From positions 729,092 through 793,091 of the forward strand of contig JANQMZ010000007.1 in the NCBI GenBank assembly GCA_028279805.1: a stretch of DNA of 64,000 bases, written 5' to 3'. Shown in pieces: positions 19,143 to 27,830 of the stretch. Under the pieces are notes generated by a model. That model saw only the letters and a list, made by a program, of their open reading frames with translations. It did no database searches and was not told the DNA's origin. Each line of letters opens with the position of its first letter. Positions within the stretch are counted from its first letter, which is position 1. Both the position numbers and the translations under genes were made by a program. This DNA is from an archaeon (GTDB lineage Archaea; Iainarchaeota; Iainarchaeia; Iainarchaeales; JANQMZ01).

Positions 19143-20134
19143 TAATCCTTAAAAGAAAAATTTTTCCAGAGTTTTTCACCTAAAGCTATTTCAAGTTCTT
19201 CTGGGTTGATTATGGGTTTTTTAAAATTTTTCCAGTCATCTATTGCTATTCTTGGACAAGCTGTTGAAACAAAACAATCAGCTTTAATTCCCAGTAAAAA
19301 TTCCGGCAGAATCAAATCCGCGGTTAAAATAATTGCTTTTTTTCCATTTTTTTCAACAAGCTTTTTTAATTTTAAAGCTTCTCCGTAACGCATTTGCCCT
19401 ATTTTTGTTGAAATAATTATTCCGAAAGATTCTGACTCTGATGCTTTTGCAATCAAAGAATGCCTTTGCCTTAAAAACCGGTCCCTGTTTTTCATTTTTA
19501 AAATTTTTTCATTCAAAACATCCGCAACAAAAACAGGTTTTTTTGTTGAAAAATTAACCGCTTCAGCGTGAAAATTTCCGTCTCCCACAAAAACAGCTGC
19601 ATCAACTTTATCTGAAACTTTTGCAATGGCACTCCCGGAACATCCTAAAACCTGTCCTTCCTCTGTTCTTAAACCTTTTTCCATTAAAACAATAAAACCT
19701 TTTTTTTCCAGTAATTTTTTTAAAAAATCTCTTGCCGTTTTATACTGAACAATTGAGGCAATTCCTATTTTTTTTATTTTTTTTTCTTTTAAAATTTTTT
19801 CAAGTTTTTTAAAAGTATTTTCCAGTAATTTTTCCGGAACATCATATTCAAGCGGAACATAAATAACTTTTTCATAATTAAAAAACTTGTTATGCCCGAA
19901 ATGCAGAATTAAATCCGCGTTAAATTTTTCAAGTTCATCAACAGGCAAATCACATGCTCCAAAACAAGGGTCAATTAATGTTATTGTTTTAACACCTGTT
20001 TTTTCTTCAAGTTTTTTGCTTATTTCATAAAGATTTGTTTTAAGCCCTTCAGGCATCTGAACAATTATTTTTTCAGCTTTTCTTTTTTTCAATTCTGATA
20101 TAACCGGTTTTAAATCAACTTTTAGTGAATGCAT
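19139..20134 (-). CDS. dph2: diphthamide biosynthesis protein Dph2 (2-(3-amino-3-carboxypropyl)histidine synthase)
   Basis: Three-domain protein with conserved Cys in CFGACD, GCSGS and STACPR. Confidence 0.8.
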   Translation of the reverse strand: MHSLKVDLKPVISELKKRKAEKIIVQMPEGLKTNLYEISKKLEEKTGVKTITLIDPCFGACDLPVDELEKFNADLILHFGHNKFFNYEKVIYVPLEYDVPEKLLENTFKKLEKILKEKKIKKIGIASIVQYKTARDFLKKLLEKKGFIVLMEKGLRTEEGQVLGCSGSAIAKVSDKVDAAVFVGDGNFHAEAVNFSTKKPVFVADVLNEKILKMKNRDRFLRQRHSLIAKASESESFGIIISTKIGQMRYGEALKLKKLVEKNGKKAIILTADLILPEFLLGIKADCFVSTACPRIAIDDWKNFKKPIINPEELEIALGEKLWKNFSFKDY

Positions 20135-20162
20135 TAATGTTTTTGTGCAAACAAAGCCTTAT

Positions 20163-22682
20163 TTATTTTTCCATTAAAATGTTTTTTTCTTCAAGCATTA
20201 CAATTTTTTTAATTTCCTCAACCGCGTCAATATTTGCCGAAACACTTGAAATTCCCATTTTTACAAGCTGTTTAACCATTTCAGGATTTGAAGCTGCCTG
20301 TCCGCAGATTGATGTCCTGACATTTTTTTCTCTGCATTTTTTTATAACATGTTTTATTGAACGCATTATTGCAGGATGCAGTTCATTGAAATGTTTTTGA
20401 ACAAGTTCATTGTTTCTGTCCAGGCCTAATGTTAACTGCGTCAAATCATTTGTTCCGAATGAAACAAAATCAATTCCTTCCTCAATCAGTTCATCTATAA
20501 TCCAAATGCTTGCCGGGGTTTCAATCATTATTCCAAAATCTATTTTGCTTAAATCTAATTCAGCTTCTTTGGCTAATTGTTTTGCTTTTTTTATTTGTTC
20601 TGCGTGTGTAACAAAGGGAAGCATTATTCCCACATTTTTGATTCCCTCATCATATAATTCTTTTACTGCTTCAAACTGAATTTTTAACATTTCAGGCTGG
20701 TCCAAATCTCTTCTTATGCCGTGCCAGCCTAACATCGGATTATCTTCTTTTGGCTCATTTTCCCCTCCTTTCAGGTTTCTGAATTCATCACTTCTCGCAT
20801 CAAATGTTCTGAACCATACTGGTTTTCCTGAAAAATGTCCTGCAACTGCTTTAATTCCGCTTTTAACAATGTTTTTTAGTTTTTCTTCCTGTCCTTGTTT
20901 TAAAAATTCAGCGGGATGTTTTCCTGAACTCGTAATCATATGTTCTGCTCTCAGCAATCCCACGCCCTCTGCACCTGTTTGTGAAGCTTTTTCTGCAACA
21001 TCGGCCAGTGCAACATTTACTTTTACTTTTGGAGAAATTTTACTTAAAGTTTTTTCAATTAATTTTTTTTCCTTTTCTTTTTCTTCATCTGTTAACCGGC
21101 TTGTTTTTTTTTCTCCGAATTTTTTTAAAATTTGTTCCGCTTCTTTTTCAGATTGTAAATGTTCAATTTCCTCTTTTCTTCTTTTTTCTGTTTCTCTTTC
21201 CTGTTTTATTTCATCAGCCATCCCGAACAAACCTGCTCCTGAAACTTTTTCTTTTTCAGTTTTTTCTTTTAAAACTTTTTCAAAAGAGTCAAATTCTTTT
21301 TCTTCAATCACTTTTGTTTCTTTTTTTTCAGGTGCAGCAATTTTTATTTCTCCGTCATAAATTTTTCCGGTGAAACCGTTCACGGTAACAATTTGATTGT
21401 CTTTTAAAATCTTTGTGGCTGTGTCCGTCCCTACAATACATGGAATTCCAAGTTCTCTTGAAACAATTGCAGCATGACAGGTCCTCCCGCCTTCATTTGT
21501 AACAATTGCTTTGCTTTTTTTCATAACGGGAACCCAGTCAGGGCTTGTCATTCTTGTAACCAGTATATCATCTTTTTCAATTTTTGAAATGTTTTCAATA
21601 TCCAAAACTATTTTAACTTTTCCAGAAACAATTCCAGGAGACCCGGGAGCGCCTTTTAAAACAGGTGTTTCTTCTATTTGCTGCATTTCTTTCATTTTTT
21701 CATTTAAAGCAAGAGTTGTTATCGGCCTTGTCTGAACAATCATTATCCTGCCTTTTTCAACAGCCCATTCAATGTCTTGGGGAACATTATAATGTTGTTC
21801 TATTTTGTTGCCTATTTTTGCCAGTGCAATAATTGTGTCATCCGGAATTTTTTGAGTTTCAGATTGTTCAGGGTTTAAATTTTTTTTAACAGATTTTGAT
21901 CCCTCCTTTAAAACAAGCCATTTTTGCTTGTTTACTTTTTTTCTCACAATTTTCATTGAATTTTTGTCAACCACATAATTATCCGGTGTAACAGCTCCTG
22001 CTACTATTGGTTCGCCTAACCCGAAAACAGCTTCTATTACTATTTTTGTTTTATCTCCTGTTGGTTCGGCTGTAAACATTATTCCTGCTGTTTCGGCGTT
22101 AACCATTTTTTGAACAATTGCTGACAATCCCACTTGTTCTGTTTTAAAACCATGTTTTTTTCTGTAATAAACTGCTCTTGGAGTATAAAGAGATGCATAA
22201 CAGTTTTTTACTGAATTCAAAAGATTTTCTTTTCCCAAAACATTCAGAAAAGTTTCCTGTTGCCCTGCAAAACTTGCTTCCGGCAAATCTTCTGCTGTTG
22301 CACTTGAACGAACAGCTACAAATGGCTGTTCTGAACTTGTAAGCCATCCGACTTTTTCTTTTTCAGCGAGTTTTGAATAAGCTTTAATTATTTCATTTGC
22401 AGTTTCTTCCGGCAATGTTTCCTGTTTTATCATATCACGAACTTGTTTGCTTTTTTGTTCAAGTTCCTGCGTGTTTTCAACATCAATTGAGTCAATTATT
22501 TCAACTATTTTTTGTTTTAATTTTCTTTTTTCCAAAAATTCAAAAAAGGCATCAACTGTTACCGCAAAACCGTTGGGCACGGGAAAACCGCTTTTAACCA
22601 TTTCTCCAAGATTGGCTCCTTTTCCTCCAACCGTTTTAATGCTTTCTCTGCCTAATTCTTCAAACCATGCTATTCGTTTCAT
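20163..22682 (-). CDS. ppsA: phosphoenolpyruvate synthase (pyruvate, water dikinase) with a charged linker insertion
   Basis: N-terminal nucleotide-binding domain, phospho-His motif GGRTCHAAIVSRELGIPCIVG, C-terminal EGVGLLRAEHM PEP-utilising domain; about 85-aa K/E-rich insert between them. Confidence 0.85.
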   Translation of the reverse strand: MKRIAWFEELGRESIKTVGGKGANLGEMVKSGFPVPNGFAVTVDAFFEFLEKRKLKQKIVEIIDSIDVENTQELEQKSKQVRDMIKQETLPEETANEIIKAYSKLAEKEKVGWLTSSEQPFVAVRSSATAEDLPEASFAGQQETFLNVLGKENLLNSVKNCYASLYTPRAVYYRKKHGFKTEQVGLSAIVQKMVNAETAGIMFTAEPTGDKTKIVIEAVFGLGEPIVAGAVTPDNYVVDKNSMKIVRKKVNKQKWLVLKEGSKSVKKNLNPEQSETQKIPDDTIIALAKIGNKIEQHYNVPQDIEWAVEKGRIMIVQTRPITTLALNEKMKEMQQIEETPVLKGAPGSPGIVSGKVKIVLDIENISKIEKDDILVTRMTSPDWVPVMKKSKAIVTNEGGRTCHAAIVSRELGIPCIVGTDTATKILKDNQIVTVNGFTGKIYDGEIKIAAPEKKETKVIEEKEFDSFEKVLKEKTEKEKVSGAGLFGMADEIKQERETEKRRKEEIEHLQSEKEAEQILKKFGEKKTSRLTDEEKEKEKKLIEKTLSKISPKVKVNVALADVAEKASQTGAEGVGLLRAEHMITSSGKHPAEFLKQGQEEKLKNIVKSGIKAVAGHFSGKPVWFRTFDARSDEFRNLKGGENEPKEDNPMLGWHGIRRDLDQPEMLKIQFEAVKELYDEGIKNVGIMLPFVTHAEQIKKAKQLAKEAELDLSKIDFGIMIETPASIWIIDELIEEGIDFVSFGTNDLTQLTLGLDRNNELVQKHFNELHPAIMRSIKHVIKKCREKNVRTSICGQAASNPEMVKQLVKMGISSVSANIDAVEEIKKIVMLEEKNILMEK

Positions 22683-22770
22683 TTAAAACCGTTATATGAA
22701 TGTTTTTTTTTGTTTATTAATTAAACGCTTTTTTTTTAAAATTAGAATAATATTAAAATGAAAGTAAAAC

Positions 22771-23550
22771 CTATTCCTTCTTTTCTTCTTCTTTTTGCTC
22801 TTTTTCTGTTTCTTTTCCTGCATCTTCTTTCTCGTCTTTTTCCTGGCTTTCTTTTTCTTCTTCTCCCTCGTCTTTTTCTTCTTTTGCTTCACTGTCTTTG
22901 TCTTCTTCTTTTTTGGCTTCTTCTTCAGCTTCTTTTTCTTCTTTTCTTTTGGCTTCCTGTTCTGCCAGTTTTCTTTTTGAAGGCTTTGTTCCAATTGATT
23001 TTACATCTGTGTGAACCACAACTTTAATAGTGCATGGAAATTTTGCTTTTGTTCTTTCTATTATTTTTTTTGCCGTTTCAGCATTTTTTCCGTCAACTAA
23101 AACTGAAAAAATAACTGTTCCTTTTCTTATCGGCGCGGCTCTTCCGATCGGTTTTCCGAAAGGATGTGCCATTCCCTGTGAAACTCTGTCTGCTCCGGCG
23201 CCTTGTGCCTGTTTGTTTTCTCTTAAAACATTATGCGGGTAAATTCTTAATTTTATAAAAAAACCGTCTTTTCCCAGTTTTTTTGACAAATTTCTTGTAA
23301 TTGTAATTCTTGCCGATTCCAGTGCATTATCACGAATCTGAACATTTTTATCATCCGCAACCAGGTCAACAATGTGTGAAAAATTTTTGGACGAATTTCC
23401 TGTATTGAATCTCCTGACTCTTAAAGCAGGCACAGCCCCGATAAAATTTTTTCTCTGTTTTGACACTGCGTAACGAGTGTAAGCTCTTTTTCCGTCTCTG
23501 CTATAAGCACTGGCAGGCCTCAAACCCATAATTACACCTAAAAACACCAA
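22771..23550 (-). CDS. rpl10e: 50S ribosomal protein L10e (uL16) with Lys/Glu-rich C-terminal tail
   Basis: MGLRPASAYSRDGKRAYTRYA...FIGAVPALRVRRFNTGN core; about 70-aa KE-rich extension. Confidence 0.8.
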   Translation of the reverse strand: MVFLGVIMGLRPASAYSRDGKRAYTRYAVSKQRKNFIGAVPALRVRRFNTGNSSKNFSHIVDLVADDKNVQIRDNALESARITITRNLSKKLGKDGFFIKLRIYPHNVLRENKQAQGAGADRVSQGMAHPFGKPIGRAAPIRKGTVIFSVLVDGKNAETAKKIIERTKAKFPCTIKVVVHTDVKSIGTKPSKRKLAEQEAKRKEEKEAEEEAKKEEDKDSEAKEEKDEGEEEKESQEKDEKEDAGKETEKEQKEEEKKE

Positions 23551-23601
23551 AAAACAGGCATTATACTAATTTTGAATGTGATTCTTTTTAAAGCTTTGGT
23601 A

Positions 23602-23672
23602 AGCGAGAGGGGAGAGTCGAACTCCCTTCTCCCGGTCTGCAGCCGGGTGCATAGCCGTTCTGCCACTCTCGC
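23602..23672 (-). tRNA. tRNA-Cys (GCA)
   Basis: Reverse complement folds as a cloverleaf: acceptor GCGAGAG/CUCUCGC, anticodon stem CCCGG/CCGGG with loop CUGCAGA, T-arm GGAGUUCGACUCUCC, U73 discriminator; GC-rich island in AT-rich DNA. Confidence 0.7.
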
Positions 23673-23728
23673 ATTCAAAAGTTTATTGCTGCGAGTTTTT
23701 TAAAAACTAATTCATTCCACTTTAATAT

Positions 23729-24613
23729 ATGGATTTGCTGCTGATAAAGCCTGTTGGGGAAATAACGCTGAAAACAACTTTTGTGAGGCGTTTTTTTAAC
23801 AAAAAACTTAAGGAAAACATTAAAATTGCTTTCAAAATTAACAAAATTCCTTTTCAAAAAATTCAGGCAGGAAATGCCCGTTTTTTTATTAAAACAACAA
23901 ATACAAAAAAAGCTCAGACAGTTTTAAAAAATATTTTCGGAATTCATTCAATTGCTTTGGTGCATAAAACAAAACTAAACTCTTCAGACCAAACATTAAA
24001 AGAAGCAACAGATTTTTTTTCATCAAATGCTGAAAAAATTAAAACATTTAAAGTTAAAACAAAAAGAATAGGCAAACACGATTTTTCCTCGCAAGAATTT
24101 AATGAAAAACTTGGCTCAAAAATTCTGGAAAAGTTTCCAAAACTAAAAGTTAAATTAAAAAATCCGGATAAAACTTTTTTTGTTGACATTATTCAAAAAA
24201 AAGTTTTCCTTTACGACGATGAAACAAAAGGAATGGAAGGGTTGCCGGTGGGAACACAGGGTGACATTGCATTAATTGTTTCAGGCTCTGAAGAAGAACT
24301 GGTTGCAGGGTTTTTAATGTTAAAAAGAGGATGCAGAATTTTTCCGATAACCAAAAAAAATTCAAAAAAACCTGGACACAATTTAAAAAAACTTGAAAAA
24401 TTTAATTCTTCACAGGAACTTGTTTTAAAAAATTTTAACAAACTGCCTGATTTGATTAAAGATAAAAATGTTTCAGCACTTGTTTCACCTGACTTAAAAT
24501 TAAAACCAAAAACTTTTATTGAATTCGATTCAAAACAATTATTACCTGTTTACAGGCCTTTGGTGTTATTGGATAAAAATACTTTAAATGAAGCTAAGAG
24601 GTTTTTAAAATGA
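23729..24613 (+). CDS. THUMP-domain ThiI-like protein with degenerate PP-loop
   Basis: N-terminal ferredoxin-like/THUMP architecture (MDLLLIKPVGEITLK...); where ThiI has SGGxDS this protein has IVSGSEEELVAGFLMLKRGCRIFPI; only 294 aa. Confidence 0.5.
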   Translation: MDLLLIKPVGEITLKTTFVRRFFNKKLKENIKIAFKINKIPFQKIQAGNARFFIKTTNTKKAQTVLKNIFGIHSIALVHKTKLNSSDQTLKEATDFFSSNAEKIKTFKVKTKRIGKHDFSSQEFNEKLGSKILEKFPKLKVKLKNPDKTFFVDIIQKKVFLYDDETKGMEGLPVGTQGDIALIVSGSEEELVAGFLMLKRGCRIFPITKKNSKKPGHNLKKLEKFNSSQELVLKNFNKLPDLIKDKNVSALVSPDLKLKPKTFIEFDSKQLLPVYRPLVLLDKNTLNEAKRFLK

Positions 24614-25836
24614 AAATAGCTATTTTGTCAGATTTTCATCTTGGTTTTGGAAAAAACAGAAGAAAAAATGAATCTTTTCAACAGGTTTTTTCAGCTTTTA
24701 AAGAAGCTTTAAACCATAACCCGGATTTGTTTTTGCTGCAGGGTGACTTGTTTGATGAATCTGTTCCCGACCAGGAAACATGGCTTGAAGCTTTTAAGCT
24801 TTTTTCAGTAACAAAAAATGCAAAAAAGGCTGATTTAAGCATTTTTAAGCAAAAAAATGGTGAAAAACAAAAAATTGAGTTTGAAGGAATTCCGGTAGTA
24901 TCAATTCACGGGACACATGAATTCAGGGGAAAAGATTTTGCAAATGCTTTAAGTGTTTTGGATCAAGCAGGTTTTATGGTTTATTTGCATGCATCTGAAG
25001 CAATTGTTTCAAATGAAAATGAAATTCTTGCCATACATGGCCTTGGCGGGGTTCCTGAAAAAAAAGCAAAAGATGTTTTACAGCATTATAATCCCAGACC
25101 TTTGGAAGGAATGCTTAACATTTTGTTACTGCATCAAAGTTTCAAAGAATTTCTGCCTTTTGATGATGAAATGATTGCTTCTTTGTCTCTGGAAGATTTG
25201 CCTCAAAATTTTGATTTAATAATAAACGGGCATTTTCATGCTGATAATGAAATAAATAATAAAAATTTAAGATTGCTGTTACCAGGTTCAACTGTTATAA
25301 CTCAGATGAAAAAAAATGAAGCTAATAATCCTAAAAAATTTTTTTTATATGATACAAAAACAAAAACCCTTGAACCCATTAAAATTCCGGGTCAAAGAAA
25401 ATTTTTTTACTCGGAATTGGTTTTTGAAAATGCTTCAAGTGAAGACGTTTACAAAAAAGTAAAAAAAGAACTTGAAACCATTCTGAAAAATCCTGACAAA
25501 GAACCTTTAATTAAATTAAAACTTTCGGGTTCACTGGCTTCAGGTATAACTTCATCGGATCTGGATTTGTCTTTTGTAAAACTTTTAAATGAAAATGCAA
25601 TTATTTATGTTGATAAAAATTTTTCAGACATAAAATTTAAGCAAAAACTGGAAAACTTAAGGGAATCACATCATAAAAAAAGCATTTCTTCTCTTGGAAT
25701 TGAACTGCTTGAAAAACATTTGGATGAAACAAATGTTAAAAAAAATTTTGATGTCAGAAGAATGTTTGAATTGTTAAGCAAAGGCGAAAAAGATAAAGCC
25801 ATTGAACTTCTTTCAGACAGAAAAAAATCAAAATAG
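24610..25836 (+). CDS. mre11: Mre11-like DNA repair nuclease (calcineurin-like phosphoesterase)
   Basis: Phosphoesterase motifs SDFHLG, QGDLFD, HGTHEF, LLLHQS, NGHFHAD; 408 aa; no rad50 follows. Confidence 0.7.
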   Translation: MKIAILSDFHLGFGKNRRKNESFQQVFSAFKEALNHNPDLFLLQGDLFDESVPDQETWLEAFKLFSVTKNAKKADLSIFKQKNGEKQKIEFEGIPVVSIHGTHEFRGKDFANALSVLDQAGFMVYLHASEAIVSNENEILAIHGLGGVPEKKAKDVLQHYNPRPLEGMLNILLLHQSFKEFLPFDDEMIASLSLEDLPQNFDLIINGHFHADNEINNKNLRLLLPGSTVITQMKKNEANNPKKFFLYDTKTKTLEPIKIPGQRKFFYSELVFENASSEDVYKKVKKELETILKNPDKEPLIKLKLSGSLASGITSSDLDLSFVKLLNENAIIYVDKNFSDIKFKQKLENLRESHHKKSISSLGIELLEKHLDETNVKKNFDVRRMFELLSKGEKDKAIELLSDRKKSK

Positions 25837-25874
25837 TTTTAAACTTTAAAAACATTAAACTGAAAGGTGTTTTT

Positions 25875-27830
25875 TTGAAAAAGGAAGCAATGTGGGTTGA
25901 AAAGGATTCAAAAAAAAATATTTACTGGCCTTCTTCTGAAATGAAAAAAAAGGCACATGTTTCCGATGAAAAAATTTATGATGAATCCTTAAAGGATCCA
26001 GTAAAATTCTGGTCAAATCATGCTAAAAAGTCCTTAAACTGGTTTAAATCATGGGAAAAGGATTATGAGGAAGATTTTCCTGATTTTAAATGGTTTTCAG
26101 GGGGAAAAATCAATGCTTCTTTTAATTGTCTTGACAGGCATGTTGAAAATAATGGAAATAAGCCTGCCATTATCTGGGAACCTGAACCGGTTGAAGAAAA
26201 AGAACAAATTTTGACTTATAATGATTTATTACAAGAAACAAAAAAATTTGCAAATGTTTTAAAAAAACTGGGAGTAAAAAAAGGCGATACTGTCGGAATT
26301 TATCTTCCCATGACTCCTCATGTTCAGATTGCAATGCTTGCCTGTGCCAGAATTGGTGCAATTCATTCAGTTGTTTTCAGTGCGTTCAGTTCAGAAGCTT
26401 TAAAAACAAGGTTAATTGATGCGGAATCAAAAATTTTAATTACGGCAAACGGTTACTGGAGGCGGGGTAAAAAAATTAATTTAAAAAAATCAGCTGATGC
26501 TGCTTTGCCTGATACAAAAGTGCAAAAAGTTGTTGTTGTTAAAAGATTGGAAGAAGATTTGGGAATGAAGTCAGGCAGGGATTTTTACTGGGATGAATTA
26601 ATGGAAAAAGTTTCAGACGACTGTTCCTGTGAGGAAATGGAAAGCAATGAAAAACTGTTTTTGCTTTATACAAGCGGCACAACAGGAAAACCAAAAGGAG
26701 TTGTTCATGATACGGGAGGTTATTTGATTCAGTCTTTTTTAACAACAAAATGGAATTTTGATTTGCATTCTGATGATGTGTTTTGGTGCACTGCAGACAT
26801 AGGGTGGATAACAGGGCACACTTACAGTTGTTATGGTCCTTTGTCAAACGGTTTGACAATGGTTATTTATGAAGGGTCCCCGGATTTTCCCGAACCGGAC
26901 AGGTTTTGGAAAATTATTGAAAAATTTAAAGTTTCTGCTTTTTATACAGCTCCAACTGCTATCAGAATGTTTGCACGTTTAGGAAAACAGTTTTTGGAAA
27001 AACATGATTTAAGTTCTTTAAAAATTTTGGGAACTGTCGGAGAGCCTATTGACCTTGATTCCTGGAACTGGTTTTTTGAAGTTGTCGGAAAAAAACGCTG
27101 TCCTATTATTGATACATGGTGGCAGACTGAAACAGGGGCAAATGTGATTAATGCTTTGCCCGGCATTGGTCCTTTTATTCCAACTGTTGCCGGCAGGCCT
27201 TTTCCCGGAATTGTTGCAGATATTTTTGACGATTCGGGAAAAACTGTAAAAAATGAAAAAACAGGTGATTTGGTGTTAAAAAGCCCTTTTCCGCCTGGTT
27301 TGCTGAGAGGCGTTTATAAGAATCCTGAAAAATTTAAGGATACGTATTGGTCTGATTATCCTGATGTGTATTATTCGAGTGACGGGGCAAAATTTGTTTT
27401 TAATAAAAATATTCGTGTTACCGGACGAATTGATGATGTCATGAAAGTTGCAGGACATCTGCTTTCAACTGCTGAAATGGAGAATGCTATTAATTCCTGT
27501 GCGGGAGTGTCCGAGTGTGCTGTTATTCCCAAACCTGATAAAATTAAAGGATTTGTTCCGGTTGCTTTTGTTATTCTTAAAAAAAATTTTAAAAAATCTG
27601 AAGAATTTGCTGATACAATTGTTCAGAGTGTCAGAAAAACAATCGGGCCTATTGCCAAGCCTTATAAAATTATTTTTGTTGACGAGCTTCCTAAAACAAG
27701 AAGCGGTAAAATTGTGAGAAGAATGATTAGAAATATTGTTTCAGGTGAACCAATTGGTGATTCTTCTACACTGGAAAATCCTAACAGTGTTAATTTTTTA
27801 AAAAAAGTTATTGAAAGAGAATTAAAATAA
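25875..27830 (+). CDS. acs: acetyl-CoA synthetase (AMP-forming)
   Basis: YTSGTTGKPKGV AMP-binding motif; 651 aa; TTG start with AGGTG SD; C-terminal PKTRSGKIVRR. Confidence 0.85.
   Translation: MKKEAMWVEKDSKKNIYWPSSEMKKKAHVSDEKIYDESLKDPVKFWSNHAKKSLNWFKSWEKDYEEDFPDFKWFSGGKINASFNCLDRHVENNGNKPAIIWEPEPVEEKEQILTYNDLLQETKKFANVLKKLGVKKGDTVGIYLPMTPHVQIAMLACARIGAIHSVVFSAFSSEALKTRLIDAESKILITANGYWRRGKKINLKKSADAALPDTKVQKVVVVKRLEEDLGMKSGRDFYWDELMEKVSDDCSCEEMESNEKLFLLYTSGTTGKPKGVVHDTGGYLIQSFLTTKWNFDLHSDDVFWCTADIGWITGHTYSCYGPLSNGLTMVIYEGSPDFPEPDRFWKIIEKFKVSAFYTAPTAIRMFARLGKQFLEKHDLSSLKILGTVGEPIDLDSWNWFFEVVGKKRCPIIDTWWQTETGANVINALPGIGPFIPTVAGRPFPGIVADIFDDSGKTVKNEKTGDLVLKSPFPPGLLRGVYKNPEKFKDTYWSDYPDVYYSSDGAKFVFNKNIRVTGRIDDVMKVAGHLLSTAEMENAINSCAGVSECAVIPKPDKIKGFVPVAFVILKKNFKKSEEFADTIVQSVRKTIGPIAKPYKIIFVDELPKTRSGKIVRRMIRNIVSGEPIGDSSTLENPNSVNFLKKVIERELK

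Noticed and set aside
20125-22686. Many plus-strand ORFs inside ppsA (20410..20679, 20716..21360, 20981..21373, 22447..22686 etc.)
   Set aside because: All are antisense to the strongly supported 839-aa PpsA; low complexity, Phe/Leu/Ser-rich artefacts.
22692-22994. 100-aa poly-Lys ORF on the minus strand (also 22758..23027 and 22795..22980 on plus)
   Set aside because: Alternative-frame readings of the GAA/AAG-rich DNA encoding the L10e KE tail. No start context of their own; explained by the low-complexity coding region.
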